This document shows positions 23,817 to 36,427 of a stretch of DNA of 64,000 nucleotides, in pieces (the stretch's first letter is position 1; every line of letters begins with the position of its first letter). Source of the DNA: Narcine bancroftii. Its lineage: Eukaryota. The notes under the pieces were generated by a model. That model did no database searches. It was not told the origin of the DNA and saw nothing but the letters and a program-made list of their open reading frames with translations. The DNA lies in contig NC_091469.1 in NCBI RefSeq assembly GCF_036971445.1, positions 151,900,001 through 151,964,000 on the forward strand, written 5' to 3'. The position numbers and the translations under genes are program-made.

Positions 23817-24194
23817 CAGTGGTTCTCAACCTTTTTCTTTCCACTCACATATCACTTTAAGTAATCCCTATGCCACTGATGCTCGGTGATTAGTAAAGGA
23901 TTGTTTAAGGTGGTAAGTGAGTGGGAAGGTAAGGTTGAGAATCACTGCTCTAGATTCAATTGTTACTGAAATATTTTGCTTAAGAAAATTGTCATTGGCT
24001 CATTCATTTCCTTTGGAATTATGAAACGGTGCACATAACGAGTCAACGAGGGACGATTAAAACAGTAGTTTTCAAACTTTTTCTTTCCACCCACATAGCA
24101 CCTTAAGCAAACCCTTACTAATCACAGAGCAGCCATGGCATAGGGAATACTTAAAGTGGGATGTTAGTGGAAAGAAAAAGGTTGAGCACCACTG
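23817..24194. mobile_element. Composite hAT (Charlie-like) MITE: two inverted ~131-bp monomers plus 115-bp spacer
   Basis: Outer TIRs CAGTGGTTCTCAACCTTTTTCTTTCCACT / AGTGGAAAGAAAAAGGTTGAGCACCACTG; 8-bp TSD GTCTATGT/ATCTATGT; inserted in a CR1 3' tail. Confidence 0.88.
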
Positions 24195-24320
24195 ATCTAT
24201 GTAGATCAGTGCAACATCGTGGGTCAAGGGGTCTAATGTTCTACGACTCTATATTCATTATCAAATAATTAATTCCCTAAATGTTTTCACTATTTCTCCT
24301 GATTCCCATGTTGACGATAC

Positions 24321-24424
24321 CTCTTGTGGGAATTCCTCTTCCTCATCCATCACTAGAGGCTGAATTACAAGCACACCAAGAAGGGTTGCCCAGGTTTCTT
24401 CAAATTGAGTGCGGCTGGTCCACC
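24321..24424 (-). CDS. HTT: Huntingtin coding exon ~54 (104 nt)
   Basis: [35 protein letters not shown]; acceptor ccttatcag|, donor |gtatcg. Confidence 0.97.
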
Positions 24425-24678
24425 CTGATAAGGAACAAAACAATGTTTTTAAAAATATTTTAAATTAGTCCACATTTACTTTTAAAAAATCAGAAACATT
24501 TAAAAAAAATCAGAAACATGAGGCTAAAGGGAATGATAAGAATAAAACCCGCACCATCGTCCATGAGGAAATCCCTTTATTAGACAAGTTTGTGAGCGTC
24601 TCCCAGTCAGGAGTAAAATACATATCAAGGTCCATTTCCTTCCCCTCCCCCAATCCTTCCCCAGACACTGCCACTTAC

Positions 24679-24805
24679 CAAGAACATTTATTCTGTAGAT
24701 GAACTCTTTGAAGACTTCTTTTTCCTGAAGAAACTCAGCTGGAATTTCAGGAAGAGTTGTACCAAATTCACCCCCAGCTTGAGGTGACCATCCCAATTTC
24801 CAAAC
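24679..24805 (-). CDS. HTT: Huntingtin coding exon ~53 (127 nt)
   Basis: [42 protein letters not shown]; acceptor ttttcctcag|, donor |gtaagt. Confidence 0.98.
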
Positions 24806-24865
24806 CTGAGGAAAATGGATAGCAAAGACAGGCTGAGAGAGCATTCTTTGTTTATAATGGAGTTA

Positions 24866-25455
24866 AAACCATAGAGCATTACAGCACTGAAATAGGCCCT
24901 TCTAGTCTGTGCTAAACTATTATTCAGCCTTGTCCCAGTGACCTGTACCCAGACCATATCCTCCCCATCCATGTCTCTATCCAAATTTTTCTTGTATATT
25001 AAAAGATTGAGCCCATATTCACCACTTCAGCTCACAGCTTGTTCCACATTCCCACTACTCTGTGTGAAGAGGTTCCCCCTAATGTACCCCTTAAACTTTT
25101 TACCTTTCACCCTTTACCCCTGTCTTCTGTATCAAATCCAGTATCTATGGAAAAACTCTATCGACACTCATCATAATTTTGTTTACCTCCATCAAATCTC
25201 CCCTCCTTCTTCTACTCTCCAGCAAATAAAGTCGCAACCTGTGACTGTTCCTGAAGCCCAAACAACAGCCCAGTAAATCTGTTATCGTTTAATCTTATTG
25301 ATACCTTTCCTGTAGTTAGCTGTTCAAAATGGCACATAACACTCCAAATATGGCCTCAACAACGTCTTATACCACTTCACCATAACATCCCAACTCTTAT
25401 CCTCAATGCCGATATGCCAAAAGATCTCATTAAGAGCCCATTTTCCTGTGACATG
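24866..25455 (-). mobile_element. CR1 LINE 3' fragment
   Basis: Reverse strand shows CR1 3' ORF2/UTR motifs (CACACAGAGAGTAGTGGGAATGTGGAACAAG; GAAGGGCCTATTTCAGTGCTGTAATGCTCTATG). Confidence 0.8.
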
Positions 25456-26882
25456 TAATTTTACAGTTGTCCTTGTGGCAGCTAAACTGGATCGGGAAGA
25501 TTTTCTTCTTGATCCATGAAATATGCACCCTTCTGCCGAGTTGTTTCAGACAGGCCATTTTGTTTAGCAGTCTTTAGCAGTCACGGGCCTTGAACTGGCA
25601 GACAGAAGAGCACCATTGGTATCAGCAAACCATTGGAATGAAAACCAGAACATCCCAAGCACAGACACAAAGGGTAAAACCAAAATAGCAGACAGGATCT
25701 AATGTGGCTCTAAATTACACGGCAGAAGGGAAATATCAATATTACATTCGAGGTGAGGAAAAACAACTGGAAAAAAAATTCAGGAAAATTAAAAAAAATT
25801 AAACATCAAAAGTCAGGTTACAAGACAATACAATAGAATGTAGTCCGAAACTTAAAGCAGGCTGATTCCAAAGGCTGTGGAATGAAGAAACTGAAGAAAT
25901 TCATCACAGAATTTGGCAGAGTTGCCAGAATGTGGGACTCATTTCAAAGGATAGTAGCAGTGGAAACAATATCATCCATGGTTAGATTGGGCAGGTGAAC
26001 AAAGAATAGGAAATTTATAACAGGATAGAAGTAATAAATCAAAATTTGGGCTCCAGGTTAATCCACTTGATTGTCTTTAAACAAATTTAAGGGCAATTGG
26101 ATTGGTTCTTCAGAGGAATCATGGCACAAGCCTTGAGAACATTTAATTTGAAAAAGTAATCAAAATGAAGATTGATTCCATATTGCTGCAGCATTAAAAG
26201 GCCAAATCCCAAAATACAAGCAGAAACTGCCAGATGAGATTGATTAGTGTTTTGACCACAAGATCTTCATCAAATTTCACATTCTGACGAAGAAGCCACG
26301 CCCAAATCGTAAACCGATATTTCTCTTTGACGACATTGGCAGGCCTGCAGCATTTATTTCAGATTCTCTGCAGATTGGACTTTTTCTCCTCCTCTTCCCC
26401 CAACTCTGCTGTCAGATATTAAACAATGCATTTACCTGGAGCAAAAATGAAGGAAGGACAGGGCATGACAATCAAAATGAACGTTTAAATTTAGACATGC
26501 ACCACCGTAACAGGCCCTTCCAGCCCATGCTGCCCAATTGCACCCAATTAATCTTCAACCCCTGTACATTTTTTCAGTGGTCTTTGATTGAAAATTAAAT
26601 GCAGTAAGTTTATAATGGAGTGCAGGAAGAAATTTGTGATGAAGTTTCAAGAAAATATGAATTTCATCTTCAGGAACTGTGGGACTACAGCAATTTTTTT
26701 TAATATTAAATGACAGTTGCATTGTTTTGGTAGAATATAGCTCCTTAATGAAGCATGTTCATCTGATGGCTTGCAATTCCTTTTCAGTTATTTTTAAATA
26801 ATGATAGATGTTTCAGGTGAATCGGACCAAGGACAATTTTTATGTCAAACTCAAGGAGAACAACTGACTTCCACACACTCAC

Positions 26883-27070
26883 CAAAGGAGGAGCACGAGT
26901 GTAACTGTTGACCAGAGGCAGCCTGGCCAGACTAATACCAATATTCCGTAGAGTTGGGTTCAGAAATGCTGGGATTCGATTGTTGCAGGCATGTCCAAAG
27001 GACAACAACGTCTGGAGAGACTCCACCATCTCTGTCATCACACTGCAGGCCTTTGTAATGCACCTGGATC
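26883..27070 (-). CDS. HTT: Huntingtin coding exon ~52 (188 nt)
   Basis: [26 protein letters not shown]...[30 protein letters not shown]; acceptor ccattttag|, donor |gtgagt. Confidence 0.97.
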
Positions 27071-27279
27071 CTAAAATGGAAGAGAACATAAGTGTTGGTC
27101 CTTCTTAATATCAGCAATAATCACAGGACACGATGATTCAACTGCTGACCAAAATCTTAAGAAAACACAGGTGAGAGGCAGCCAGGCATGCTTGGGTTGA
27201 CTTGTCAAACTTCGACAACATTTCAAACTACTTGGCTGGAAGACACAGGAGACTGGAATCTAGAACATCAAATACCTGT

Positions 27280-27660
27280 AATCTGCTGGAGAAAAGGTGC
27301 AGCAATTGTCAAGGACCCACACAACCCAGAACACGTTCTGTTCTTCGTGCTGCCATCAGGAAAGAGGTCCAGGTGCTACAAGACTCGCACCACCAGGTTC
27401 TGGAACAGTTGTTACCCCTCCCCCATTAACTCCTCAACAGCAAATTCAATCAGAGACTCATTTTAGGATTTTCACTTCACACACGTTTGCTATCGAATAT
27501 TTATTTCGGTTTTGCAGTTTGTTTGCACTTCTTTCTTTGTTTATTTCTCTCTCTTTTCTTGAGTAATTTTTTTTGCACTATTCAGTAAGTAGAAAATCTG
27601 CCCGACCCACCACAGAAAAAAAGTACCTCAGGGTTGTATATATCATCTACTTGCTCTGAT
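27280..27660 (+). mobile_element. Rex1/Babar LINE 3' fragment
   Basis: AAAIVKDPHNPEHVLFFVLPSGKRSRCYKTRTTRFWNSCYP, typical of the Rex1 C-terminus. Confidence 0.78.
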
Positions 27661-27962
27661 GAGGCCAGGTGCAGAGGGGAGATGGTCGGTATTAGGACAG
27701 GGTGGGTAGAGGTTGAGCAGATGCTTTTTTTTTAAACACAGCCGCTGCATTCCAGGAAATTAAATACAAGACAAAGTGGAAGACAACATGAAACCATCTG
27801 GCAAAAACAAATGGGCTGAATGTCCTCTCTTACTTCGAGAGATGGAAATCAATATCTCAAGGACTAAACTTAACTCCCACATTCAAATCCTGAGAGTCTA
27901 CTTTGACAACTAAAAGTCACGTGTATCTCTAAATAGGAAGGTGAGATTTAACATTCACTCAC

Positions 27963-28067
27963 TTCCAGACACATTTGCATTGTCTTCATGTTCAGCTGCA
28001 GCCCTGTCAGTGTTTGACTTCCTTCGCTCCTCATGTAGAAGATGATGCTCTCCAGGTTCAACTGCCA
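27963..28067 (-). CDS. HTT: Huntingtin coding exon ~51 (105 nt)
   Basis: (M)AVEPGEHHLLHEERRKSNTDRAAAEHEDNANVSG (human VAVQPGEQLLSPERRTNT...); acceptor tctctttcag|, donor |gtgagt; phase 1-1 fits neighbours. Confidence 0.93.
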
Positions 28068-28364
28068 CTGAAAGAGATTTAATTCATCACAGCAGAGGAG
28101 ACATGAGAAAGAGCACCGGCCACTCATGATATTTTTACATTCTTCAGAACTGAGATTTGAGATCTAATATTAGGTGTCTGAAGAAATCAAGGATTATCTA
28201 ATTTACCTTGTAAACAACAAACGAGAAACACCTTAGAAATACTCAATATTGTGTGGTGAGGTGTATTTGTGATTTTCAGGGAGATGGGAGGTCTCACTGT
28301 CAACATTAATATACTTGGGGACCCTGTGTGACTTGTGACACATTCGTGGGGATCTCCAACCAAA

Positions 28365-31300
28365 CAAAATGAATGTGTGGCTGAGGGGCTGGTGAAAAGG
28401 ACAGGGTTTTGGCTTCTTGGACCATTGGGATCTCTTTTGGGGAAGGCATGACCTTTACAAGAAGGATGGGTTACACCTAAACCCAAAAGGGGTCAATATA
28501 TTGGCAGGTAGGTTTGGTGCAGCTGTCAGATGCGGTTTAAACCAATTTGGCAGGGGGATGGGAACCTGTATGATAGGGCAAAGGACAGGAAAGATAAAAT
28601 AGGAAAATTTAGGTTAGACAGCGAAAGTAAAAAATCAGAAAGAGCAAGGAGGGTGAAAAAAGCAAATCTGAAGACTTATATCTTAATGCAAGAAGCATTC
28701 GGAACAAGGTAGATGAATTGGCTGTGGAAATTGAGACAAACAAATACGATTTGATTGGGATTACAGAAACATGGCTGCACGGTGGGCAAGCCTGGGAACT
28801 TAACATCCCAGAGTATACAATATTTAGGAGGGATCGGCAAGAAAGAAAAGGGGGTGGGGTAGCTTTGATGGTGAGAGAAGGGACCGACACATTTGACAGG
28901 AAGGATATTAACTCGGAAGATGTGGAATCTATATGGGTAGAACTGAGGAAGAGCAAGGGGCGGAAAAGGTTAGTGGGGGTGCTATATAGGCTTCCAAATA
29001 GTAATGTAGAGGTGAGGGAAGGCATAAAAAGAGAAATTAGAAAAGCGTGCAATAAGGGAACAGCCGTCATCATGGGAGACATTACTTTACATATAGATTG
29101 GACTAGCCAAATTAATAAAAATACTGAGGAGGAGGAATTCCTTGAATGTTTACGGGACGGTTATCTAGACCAATATGTCAAGGAACCAACTTGGGAGCAG
29201 GCCATTTTAGATTGGGTATTATGTAATGAAAGGGGGCTAATCAGCAATCTTGTTGCACGAGGCCCTTTGGGTAGGAGCGATCACAATATGATTGAATTCT
29301 CACTCGACATGGAGAGTGAAGAAATTAAAACCGAGACTAAAGTCCTGAATTTAAATAAAGGGAATTATGATGGTATGAGACGGGAGTTGAGTAAGATTGA
29401 TTGGGTGGTGTTTATGGGGGGGGTTGACGGTGGATAGACAATGGAAAGCATTCAAAGATCTAATGGAAGAATTGCAGAAATCGTTTATACCGTTTTGGCA
29501 TAAAAATAAACCATAAAAGGTGACTCAACCGTGGATAACAAGGGAAATTAGAGATACCATTAGGTCCAAAGAGAGAGCATATCAAATGGCCAAAAAAAGT
29601 ACCAAATCCGAAGACTGGAAGCAGTTCAAGATGCAGCAAAGGAGGACAAAGGGATTAATCAAGAGGGCAAAAATAAATTACGAAAGTAAGTTTGCGGCAA
29701 ATATAAAAACCGACTGCAAAAGCTTTTATAAATATGTCAAGAAGAAAAGATTGGTGAAATCCAGAGTAGGTCCCTTGCAGTCAGAATCAGGGGAATATAT
29801 AATGGGGAATAAGGAAATGGCAGACCAATTAAATTCTTACTTTAGTTCTGTTTTCACAAGAGAGGATACAAATAACCTCCCAAGGATGTTGGGAAACATA
29901 GAGACTAATGCAAGGGAGGAACTGAAAGAAATCAGTATCTCTAAGGACATGGTCTTGGGGAAATTGAAGGGATTGAAGGCAGATAAATCCCAAGGTCCTG
30001 ATAATCTACATCCAAGGGTACTTAAGGAAGTGGACATTCAAATAGCAGATGCTTTAAGAATTATTTTCCAGAACTCGATAGACTCAGGGTCAGTACCCAT
30101 GGATTGGAGGGTAACCCCACTATTTAAAAAGGGGGGTAGAGAAAATGCGGGGAATTATAGGCTGGTGAGCCTTACATCAGTAGTGGGCAAAATGATGGAA
30201 TCCATTATTAAGGATGTAATAGCAGAGCATATGACTAGCAGAGAAGGGATCGGACAGAGTCAACATGGATTTACAAAAGGTAAACCGTGCTTGACAAATC
30301 TATTGGAATTCTTTGAGATGGTGACAGGTAAAATAGATGAGGGAGAGCCAGTGGATGTGGTGTACCTGGATTTCCAAAAGGCCTTCGATAAGGTCCCACA
30401 TAAACGACTGGCATGCAAAATCAAGCCTCATGGGATTAGGGGCAAGGTATTGATGTGGATTGAGAAATGGCTGGCAGATAGAAGACAGAGAATTGGGATA
30501 AACGGCTCATTTTCTGAGTGGCAGGCGGTGACCAGTGGGGTGCCACAGGGATCTGTACTGGGACCCCATCTGTTCACAATTTACATTAATGATCTGGATG
30601 AGGGGATTGGATGTAACATCTCCAAATTTGCAGATGACACTAAGCTAGGAGGGGTTGTGTGCACGGAAGAGGGGGTCAGGAAGCTCCAGTGTGATTTGGA
30701 TAAATTGAGGGACTGGGCAGATACATGGCAAATGCACTACAATGTGGATAAATGTGAGGTTATCCACTTTGGTAATACAAACCGGAGGGCAGATTACTAT
30801 TTGAATGGCAATAGATTGGGAGATGGGGAAGTGCAGAGAGACCTAGGGGTACTTGTACATCAGTCTCTGAAGGCAAGCATGCAGGTATAGCAGGCGGTTA
30901 AAAAGGCAAATGGTATGTTGGCCTTCCTATCAAGAGGGTTTGAGTCTAGGAACAAGGATACCTTACTGCAGCTGTACAGGGCCTTGGTGAGACCCCACCT
31001 GGAGTATTGTGTGCAGTTTTGGTCGCCTTATCTAAGGAAGGATGTTCTTGCAATGGAGGGAGTGCAGAGGCGATTCACCAGGCTGATACCTGGAATGGCA
31101 GGAATAACTTAGGAGGAAAGATTGTGCCATTTGGCATTGTACTCGCTAGAGTTTGGAGGATTGAGAGGGGATCTCATAGAGACATATAAAATTCTGGCAG
31201 GACTGGACAGAATGGATGTGGAAGGGATGTTTCCAATAGTGGGGGAGTCCAGAACCCGGGGCCATGGTTCGAGGATAATAGGCAAACCATTTAGAACCGA

Positions 31301-31555
31301 GATGAGGAGGAATTTCATTATCCAGAGGGTGGTGAATCTGTGGAATTCATTGCCACAGAGAGCAGTAGAGGTAGGTTCATTGAATATATTTAAGAGGAAA
31401 TTAGATCTATTTCTTCAGTATAAGGGAATTAGGGGTTACAGAGAGAAGGCGGGGACGGGGCACTGAACTTTAAGATCAGCCATGATCTCATTGAATGGCG
31501 GAGCAGGCTCGAAGGGCCGAATGACCTACTCCTGCTCCTATCTTCTATGTTTCTA
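28365..31555 (+). mobile_element. Long 5'-truncated CR1 (HER1-like) LINE: ORF1 esterase tail plus APE-RT ORF2, disrupted
   Basis: ORF1 end DHWDLFW...YKKDGLHLN (SGNH DxxH). ORF2 YLNARSI...IGITETWL...GGGVAL...SDHNMI (endonuclease), YLDFQKAFDKV, GVPQGSVLGP, KFADDTKL (RT). Frameshift near 29420, stops at 30888 and ~31110. CR1 3' tail ...CCTGCTCCTATCTTCTATGTTTCTA. Confidence 0.96.
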
Positions 31556-33170
31556 GAAGATGTTAATAAACTTCCATATTGCATAGGCCATTGACAAGTT
31601 AATTTCAATTTGTGAAATGCTGCATTTTGCCAAAACAAATTGAAAATAAGAATATAACGCAGTTGAGTCTCAGATGCACATTTAGGAATAACTTGCATTA
31701 ATAAAGGCCAAGCACAGGTGCCCATTACCTGAACACAGAACTGAAAAGCAAAATTGCCCAGAGCCATGACCACTGTTCTGGTCATCAGATTATAAATATA
31801 GCAGCACTGGAACATACAGAAATCCAAAGGAACATGCTTGTTGGCAACAGTGGAATAAAAGAACCATTTTGGATGCCTTTATTCCAGAAGAGGTTGAGAG
31901 ATGATTTAAACAGAGGTACATACAGGTTTAGGAGGATAAATGTACAGTAAATCATTTTACTCAACAGGGAAGGTAAAAACTAAAGGTTATGTACACAAGA
32001 AAATCATTAATCAAAAAAACCTTTTGTCCATATTCTGGTGCCATGTGATAAATGCAGGAGTTGAGACAAAAAGCGCCAAACAATATGAGAGGATCATACG
32101 AGAAAGGGGAACAATGGGGAGGGTGAGAAATACAAGTAAATCAAAGCATCTGCTGAGGATATTGAACAGAATAGTCTAAATATTCCAGCTAAATAACAAC
32201 TGCCTTGCTCTCAGCCCTGTAAAATAGGACCAAAGGATGGTTTTTTTTCTAATAAAAGAGTACTCCATTACATAGCAGGAAAGATAATAACAATTTTAAC
32301 ATTTTTCTCAACTTTTTGAAAACTTGACAGGAAATGTTCAGCAGTATATCAGACTGAAACCAATGCTTTAGTGCCTGGATACCTGCAGGGTGCATTCAAC
32401 CATTGGATTATGTGTCTGGAATACTGTCTATCCAGATCCTGGAGATCACAGGCTCTCCTTCATGCAGACATCTGGCAATTTCATAGTGGAGTCACGGGGC
32501 AACTGGTGTGAAAATAGAAACTGTAACAGCAGGCATTGTAGTAGTGTTTATAGGACAGAAGATGGAATGAGCCTCTTCCACCAAGGTACTGGAAAGTATT
32601 TCTGTAAAGCAATGCTGCTTCACATCTTCAAGAGGGACTTCACCTTGTCCATAGCAGTTAGAGTGCCAGTGTCCAGGGTTCAAATCCTGCGTTGTCTGTA
32701 AGGAGTCTGCATGTTTTTCCCATGTCTGCATGCATTTTCTCCGGCTGCTCTGGTTTCCTCCCAGCCCTTGCAATGTATTGAGGTTGTAGGTCAATTGGGT
32801 GGCACGGGCTCGTAGTCCAAAAGGGCCTGTTACTGTGCTGTATGCCTCAATTTAAATTTAACTGTAGTGGGTATCAATTCAGTTAGAATGTCTGGTTTAA
32901 CTTTGGTTTCCAAAAGCCAGAGAGAGCCTGAGCTTTTTAACTCCAGGAGATGGATGAAATGGGAGCAAGAGAAATCAAACAAAATACTCCAGCACAATGC
33001 TTTCTGGATTAGCATCAGTTCTGTATGGTCTTAATTAAATGTGCCTCATGAGTCCCCAATGCACAATAGTCCATTCCCACTAACATATTTCACAAACCAG
33101 ATTATTCACAACAATAACAAAAAAAAACAAAAAAAAAACTCTGGTTCTCACAAAATAATAAACCTCTTAC

Positions 33171-33348
33171 TTGCTTCGATGATGAACTGAATGCAATTGA
33201 TAACGGAGCAGGCTTGAGTTACGTAGGCGGCAGATGCCAGCAAGTTCCAAATGGTGGGCTGTTGTAGCACCAAACAGCAACAATCCAGCGCAGCTTGTAG
33301 ATCCAAACTTCGAGGAACATGATCATGTAGCAAGTGCCAACAAAGTGC
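33171..33348 (-). CDS. HTT: Huntingtin coding exon ~50 (178 nt)
   Basis: ALCWHLLHDHVPRSLDLQAALDCCCLVLQQPTIWNLLASAAYVTQACSVINCIQFIIEA; acceptor gctcacag|, donor |gtaaga. Confidence 0.97.
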
Positions 33349-33895
33349 CTGTGAGCACAACCCACAAAATCAGTGTTAAAGACTATTGCTCCAATTGGTA
33401 CCGGGTTGCACAGAGAAGAACAGACTATTCCATTCTGGCGATTGCTTCAACACTGCAGGTTACATTGCTAATTAGGCCTTCGAAATGGGAACTCAGCATC
33501 CAGACCTTGCAAGGACAGCAGATTTCCTTCTCTAAGGACACTGGCACCAGATAAGTGCTCCTAATAAATCTGGTCACCAATAGGAGATTGGCAATAACTC
33601 TAGAATTAATCCCTCTCTCATGGCATCGGGGAACCCGCGACATGAACTTGGGCTTGAACAGACTCAAACTTGAAATTTACCAGATGCAGTCACAAAATGA
33701 GAACTCGCAATACAGAATCACTTTCATGTGTGGGTGAGAGCCAAGAACTTCACCCGGGGCATCAAAGGTGATGGATGGGGAGAAGGCAGTGGGACTGTGT
33801 GGGAAAATGAATCAGCTCGTGATTGAATGGCGAGGTAGATTAGATGGGACGAATAGTCTATTTCTGCTCCGATGTCTTATGGTCAGCAGGTCAGT

Positions 33896-34097
33896 ACAGT
33901 AAAAACCCGTTACCCAGAATTCAAGCAACTAGCAAAACAATTGCGGGAAAAAAAGGTAAAAAGCACGAAAGTTTAAAATTGGCACGCCTCACCGTTAGTT
34001 CGCCATTCACGTAGCACGTAATCTCAAGCAACCAGAAAATACAATTATCTGGCATCTACCAATCCCCAAAGGTGCCTGATACCAGGGGTCTTACTGT
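33896..34097. mobile_element. Tc1/mariner-type MITE (TA TSD)
   Basis: TA|CAGTAAAAACCCG...CAGGGGTCTTACTG|TA; sister copies at ~41174-41481 and ~62070-62419 (the latter interrupted by a CR1 tail). Confidence 0.8.
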
Positions 34098-34450
34098 ATT
34101 ATGGAGGGAGGTGTTTGTTAGCATGGGACCATAGGATCAGATGACATCAAGCCCATGATTCTCCAGGAATCAAGGGAAAAGATAGCTGGGGCCCTGATTG
34201 GCGATTTCTGCATCTTCATTGGTCACAGGTGAGGTGGTAGGTGAGAGTTAGACGTAGCAGTGGTGAGAGAGCCATGGGGGTGAGAGACAAAGGCAGATGA
34301 GTGACACAAATAGAAGCAGGTGGGACTGGGAAAGGGGAGGAAAGGGTGAAGGTAGAGATGGGTGCTGGGGTGGGGGGGGAAAATGAGACAAGATGGGCCA
34401 CAAAGGTAACAAATATGATAATCTGATAAAAGGAAGGTGATAATGGGAAC

Positions 34451-35202
34451 TGTGACAGAGTATATAGAGGTGTTTGGGAGATAAATTGGGAAAGGTTTGT
34501 TAGAGCAGGTCACACACAAACACTTTAAAAGAGAATTTTTGCAGGAGCTTTTGCAAGAGAGCTCTGACTCATTATGGATTGTTATTTGTAAAAGGCAACA
34601 AATGTAACAACAGCTTTGTTGGAAAACAGAACTTACTGCCTGGAAGGTCGTGTGATCTTTCCAGGCAGAGAGCAGAAAAAACAGAGTCTGCTCTCAGAGT
34701 TGGAGAGAGAGAGAGAGAGAGGAGAGACACAGGCATCAGTTCCAGAGGGACAAGGTGGCAAGCTGTGGAAGACTGCCTGGTCAAAGGAGAGGACTGGCTG
34801 TCCGGTGTTTCCCTTGGAAAAGGAGAAACAGAAAGGAACTCTGTGGATGTTCTGGAACAAGAAAAACTCCCTCTCTGAATTCCAACAAGAACCCTTCTGA
34901 GTGGTAACCATTTACCTGTTAAGCACCAAAGCCTGGTGAACTTGATTAATGTTAACTTCTGCGCACAGTACAAGAATTGCCTGCAACCAGTGAGATTGGA
35001 AGGTGAACCCAAGAACTTTTCTGAACTTACACACACGTGCGCTTAACATTAGAAGGGGGTTAAGTGAGTCAATAGAGATAAGTTAAAGTTTGATTCTATT
35101 TTCATGTTCGAAGATAATTAAAAGCAACTTTTGTTTAAGTTACCCTTTGTCGTGGTGCATACCTATTGCTGCTGGGTTTTGGGGTCCTCTGGACTCGTAA
35201 CA
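34451..35202 (+). mobile_element. Solo LTR (752 bp) inserted in a Penelope remnant
   Basis: TGTGAC...GTAACA termini, exact 4-bp TSD GAAC (34447-50, 35203-06), ATTAAA at ~35117; 3' half homologous to ~59050-59409. Confidence 0.85.
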
Positions 35203-35206
35203 GAAC

Positions 35207-35940
35207 CATCACATGGAATCAGATAGGAAGGGCTTTGGTGGATGGAACCAGAAGGCGGAAGGGGAGAGGGATGAAAATAACTAGTGGGGAGTTAGAGGGG
35301 TTTTGTGAAAGGGAGCATATATGGGAGAGAAAAGGAAAGCAAGGGTAAAGGGGGCAGGGGAGAAAACATGGGAACAGAGGAGGTAAGGGTTCCCTGAAAT
35401 TGGAAAATTCAATGTTCTTACCATCAAATTGCAGGTTACCCAGGCAAAATACGAGGTGCTGATCCTCTAGTTTGCGTCGGTCTGCACCCCAACAGAAGAG
35501 AAAGCTGAAGAAGGACCCGTCAGCGTGGGAATGGGAAGTGGAGCGAAAATGATATGCAACTGGGATCTTGGAATTACAACTACAGACGTGGGGAGGAGCT
35601 CTGCAAACCAGTTGCCTTCCCTGGTCTTTGACTTGCTGATGCAGAGGAGGTCTTTTTTTGGGGTATCTGCTTCCACTAATCACCCACCTGCCTCTTTTAC
35701 CTCTCAGCTCCTTCCTCCAATCATCCTGGACCACTCCTCAGTCCACCAATCACCAACTTACCACAAGCTCACCCCTCCCCCTCATTATATCATCTATTTT
35801 CCCCCTCCACATCTCAATCTAAAATATCAACCATGATTTGCCATACTCCATCCCCACAGATGCTGCTCTACCCTTTGAGAATTTCCAGCAGTTTGTTTTT
35901 TTAACTCCAGATGCCAGCATCTGTAACCTCTTGTGTCTTT
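35207..35940 (-). mobile_element. Penelope-like element remnant (GIY-YIG C-terminus plus pseudo-LTR)
   Basis: PVAYHF..TSHSH...RRKLEDQHLVFCLGNLQFDGKNIEFSNFR, as also seen at 57680-57940. Confidence 0.75.
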
Positions 35941-36427
35941 GAATTTTCAAGGGGATTTGAGGGGAAAGGTTTCTCCACACACACATTGGTTGATATCTGG
36001 AACTTCGTGCCATAAGAAGTGGAGGTTTTTAAAATTTTCTTTACAGCATGGTAGAAGCTGATTCTGGCCATTTAAACTTGTGGTGCCAAATTACACCCAA
36101 ATTAACCTACAACCCTGTACGTTTTGAAGGGTGAGAGGGAACCAGAGCACCTGGGGAAAACCCACGCAGTTAAGGGGAGAATGTTACGAACCCCTTACAG
36201 GCGTCAGATACCATCACGGCATTTATGAGACTTTAAGACAAGCACTTAAATAAACAAGGGCATGGAAAGATATGAACATCTTTCAAGGCAATTGGGATGA
36301 GTGCAGATGGAGTGGAAGGTTGGCTTGAACTTGGTGAGCAAAGGGCCCGTTTACATCCTGTACAATTCAATGACACAATGCTACCACATCCTTTCGAGCC
36401 GCAAACCAACCTCATCCCATCATCCAA

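Noticed and set aside
29520-30890. 456-aa RT ORF as an active or domesticated gene
   Set aside because: Part of a 5'-truncated CR1, with a frameshift before it and stops after it.
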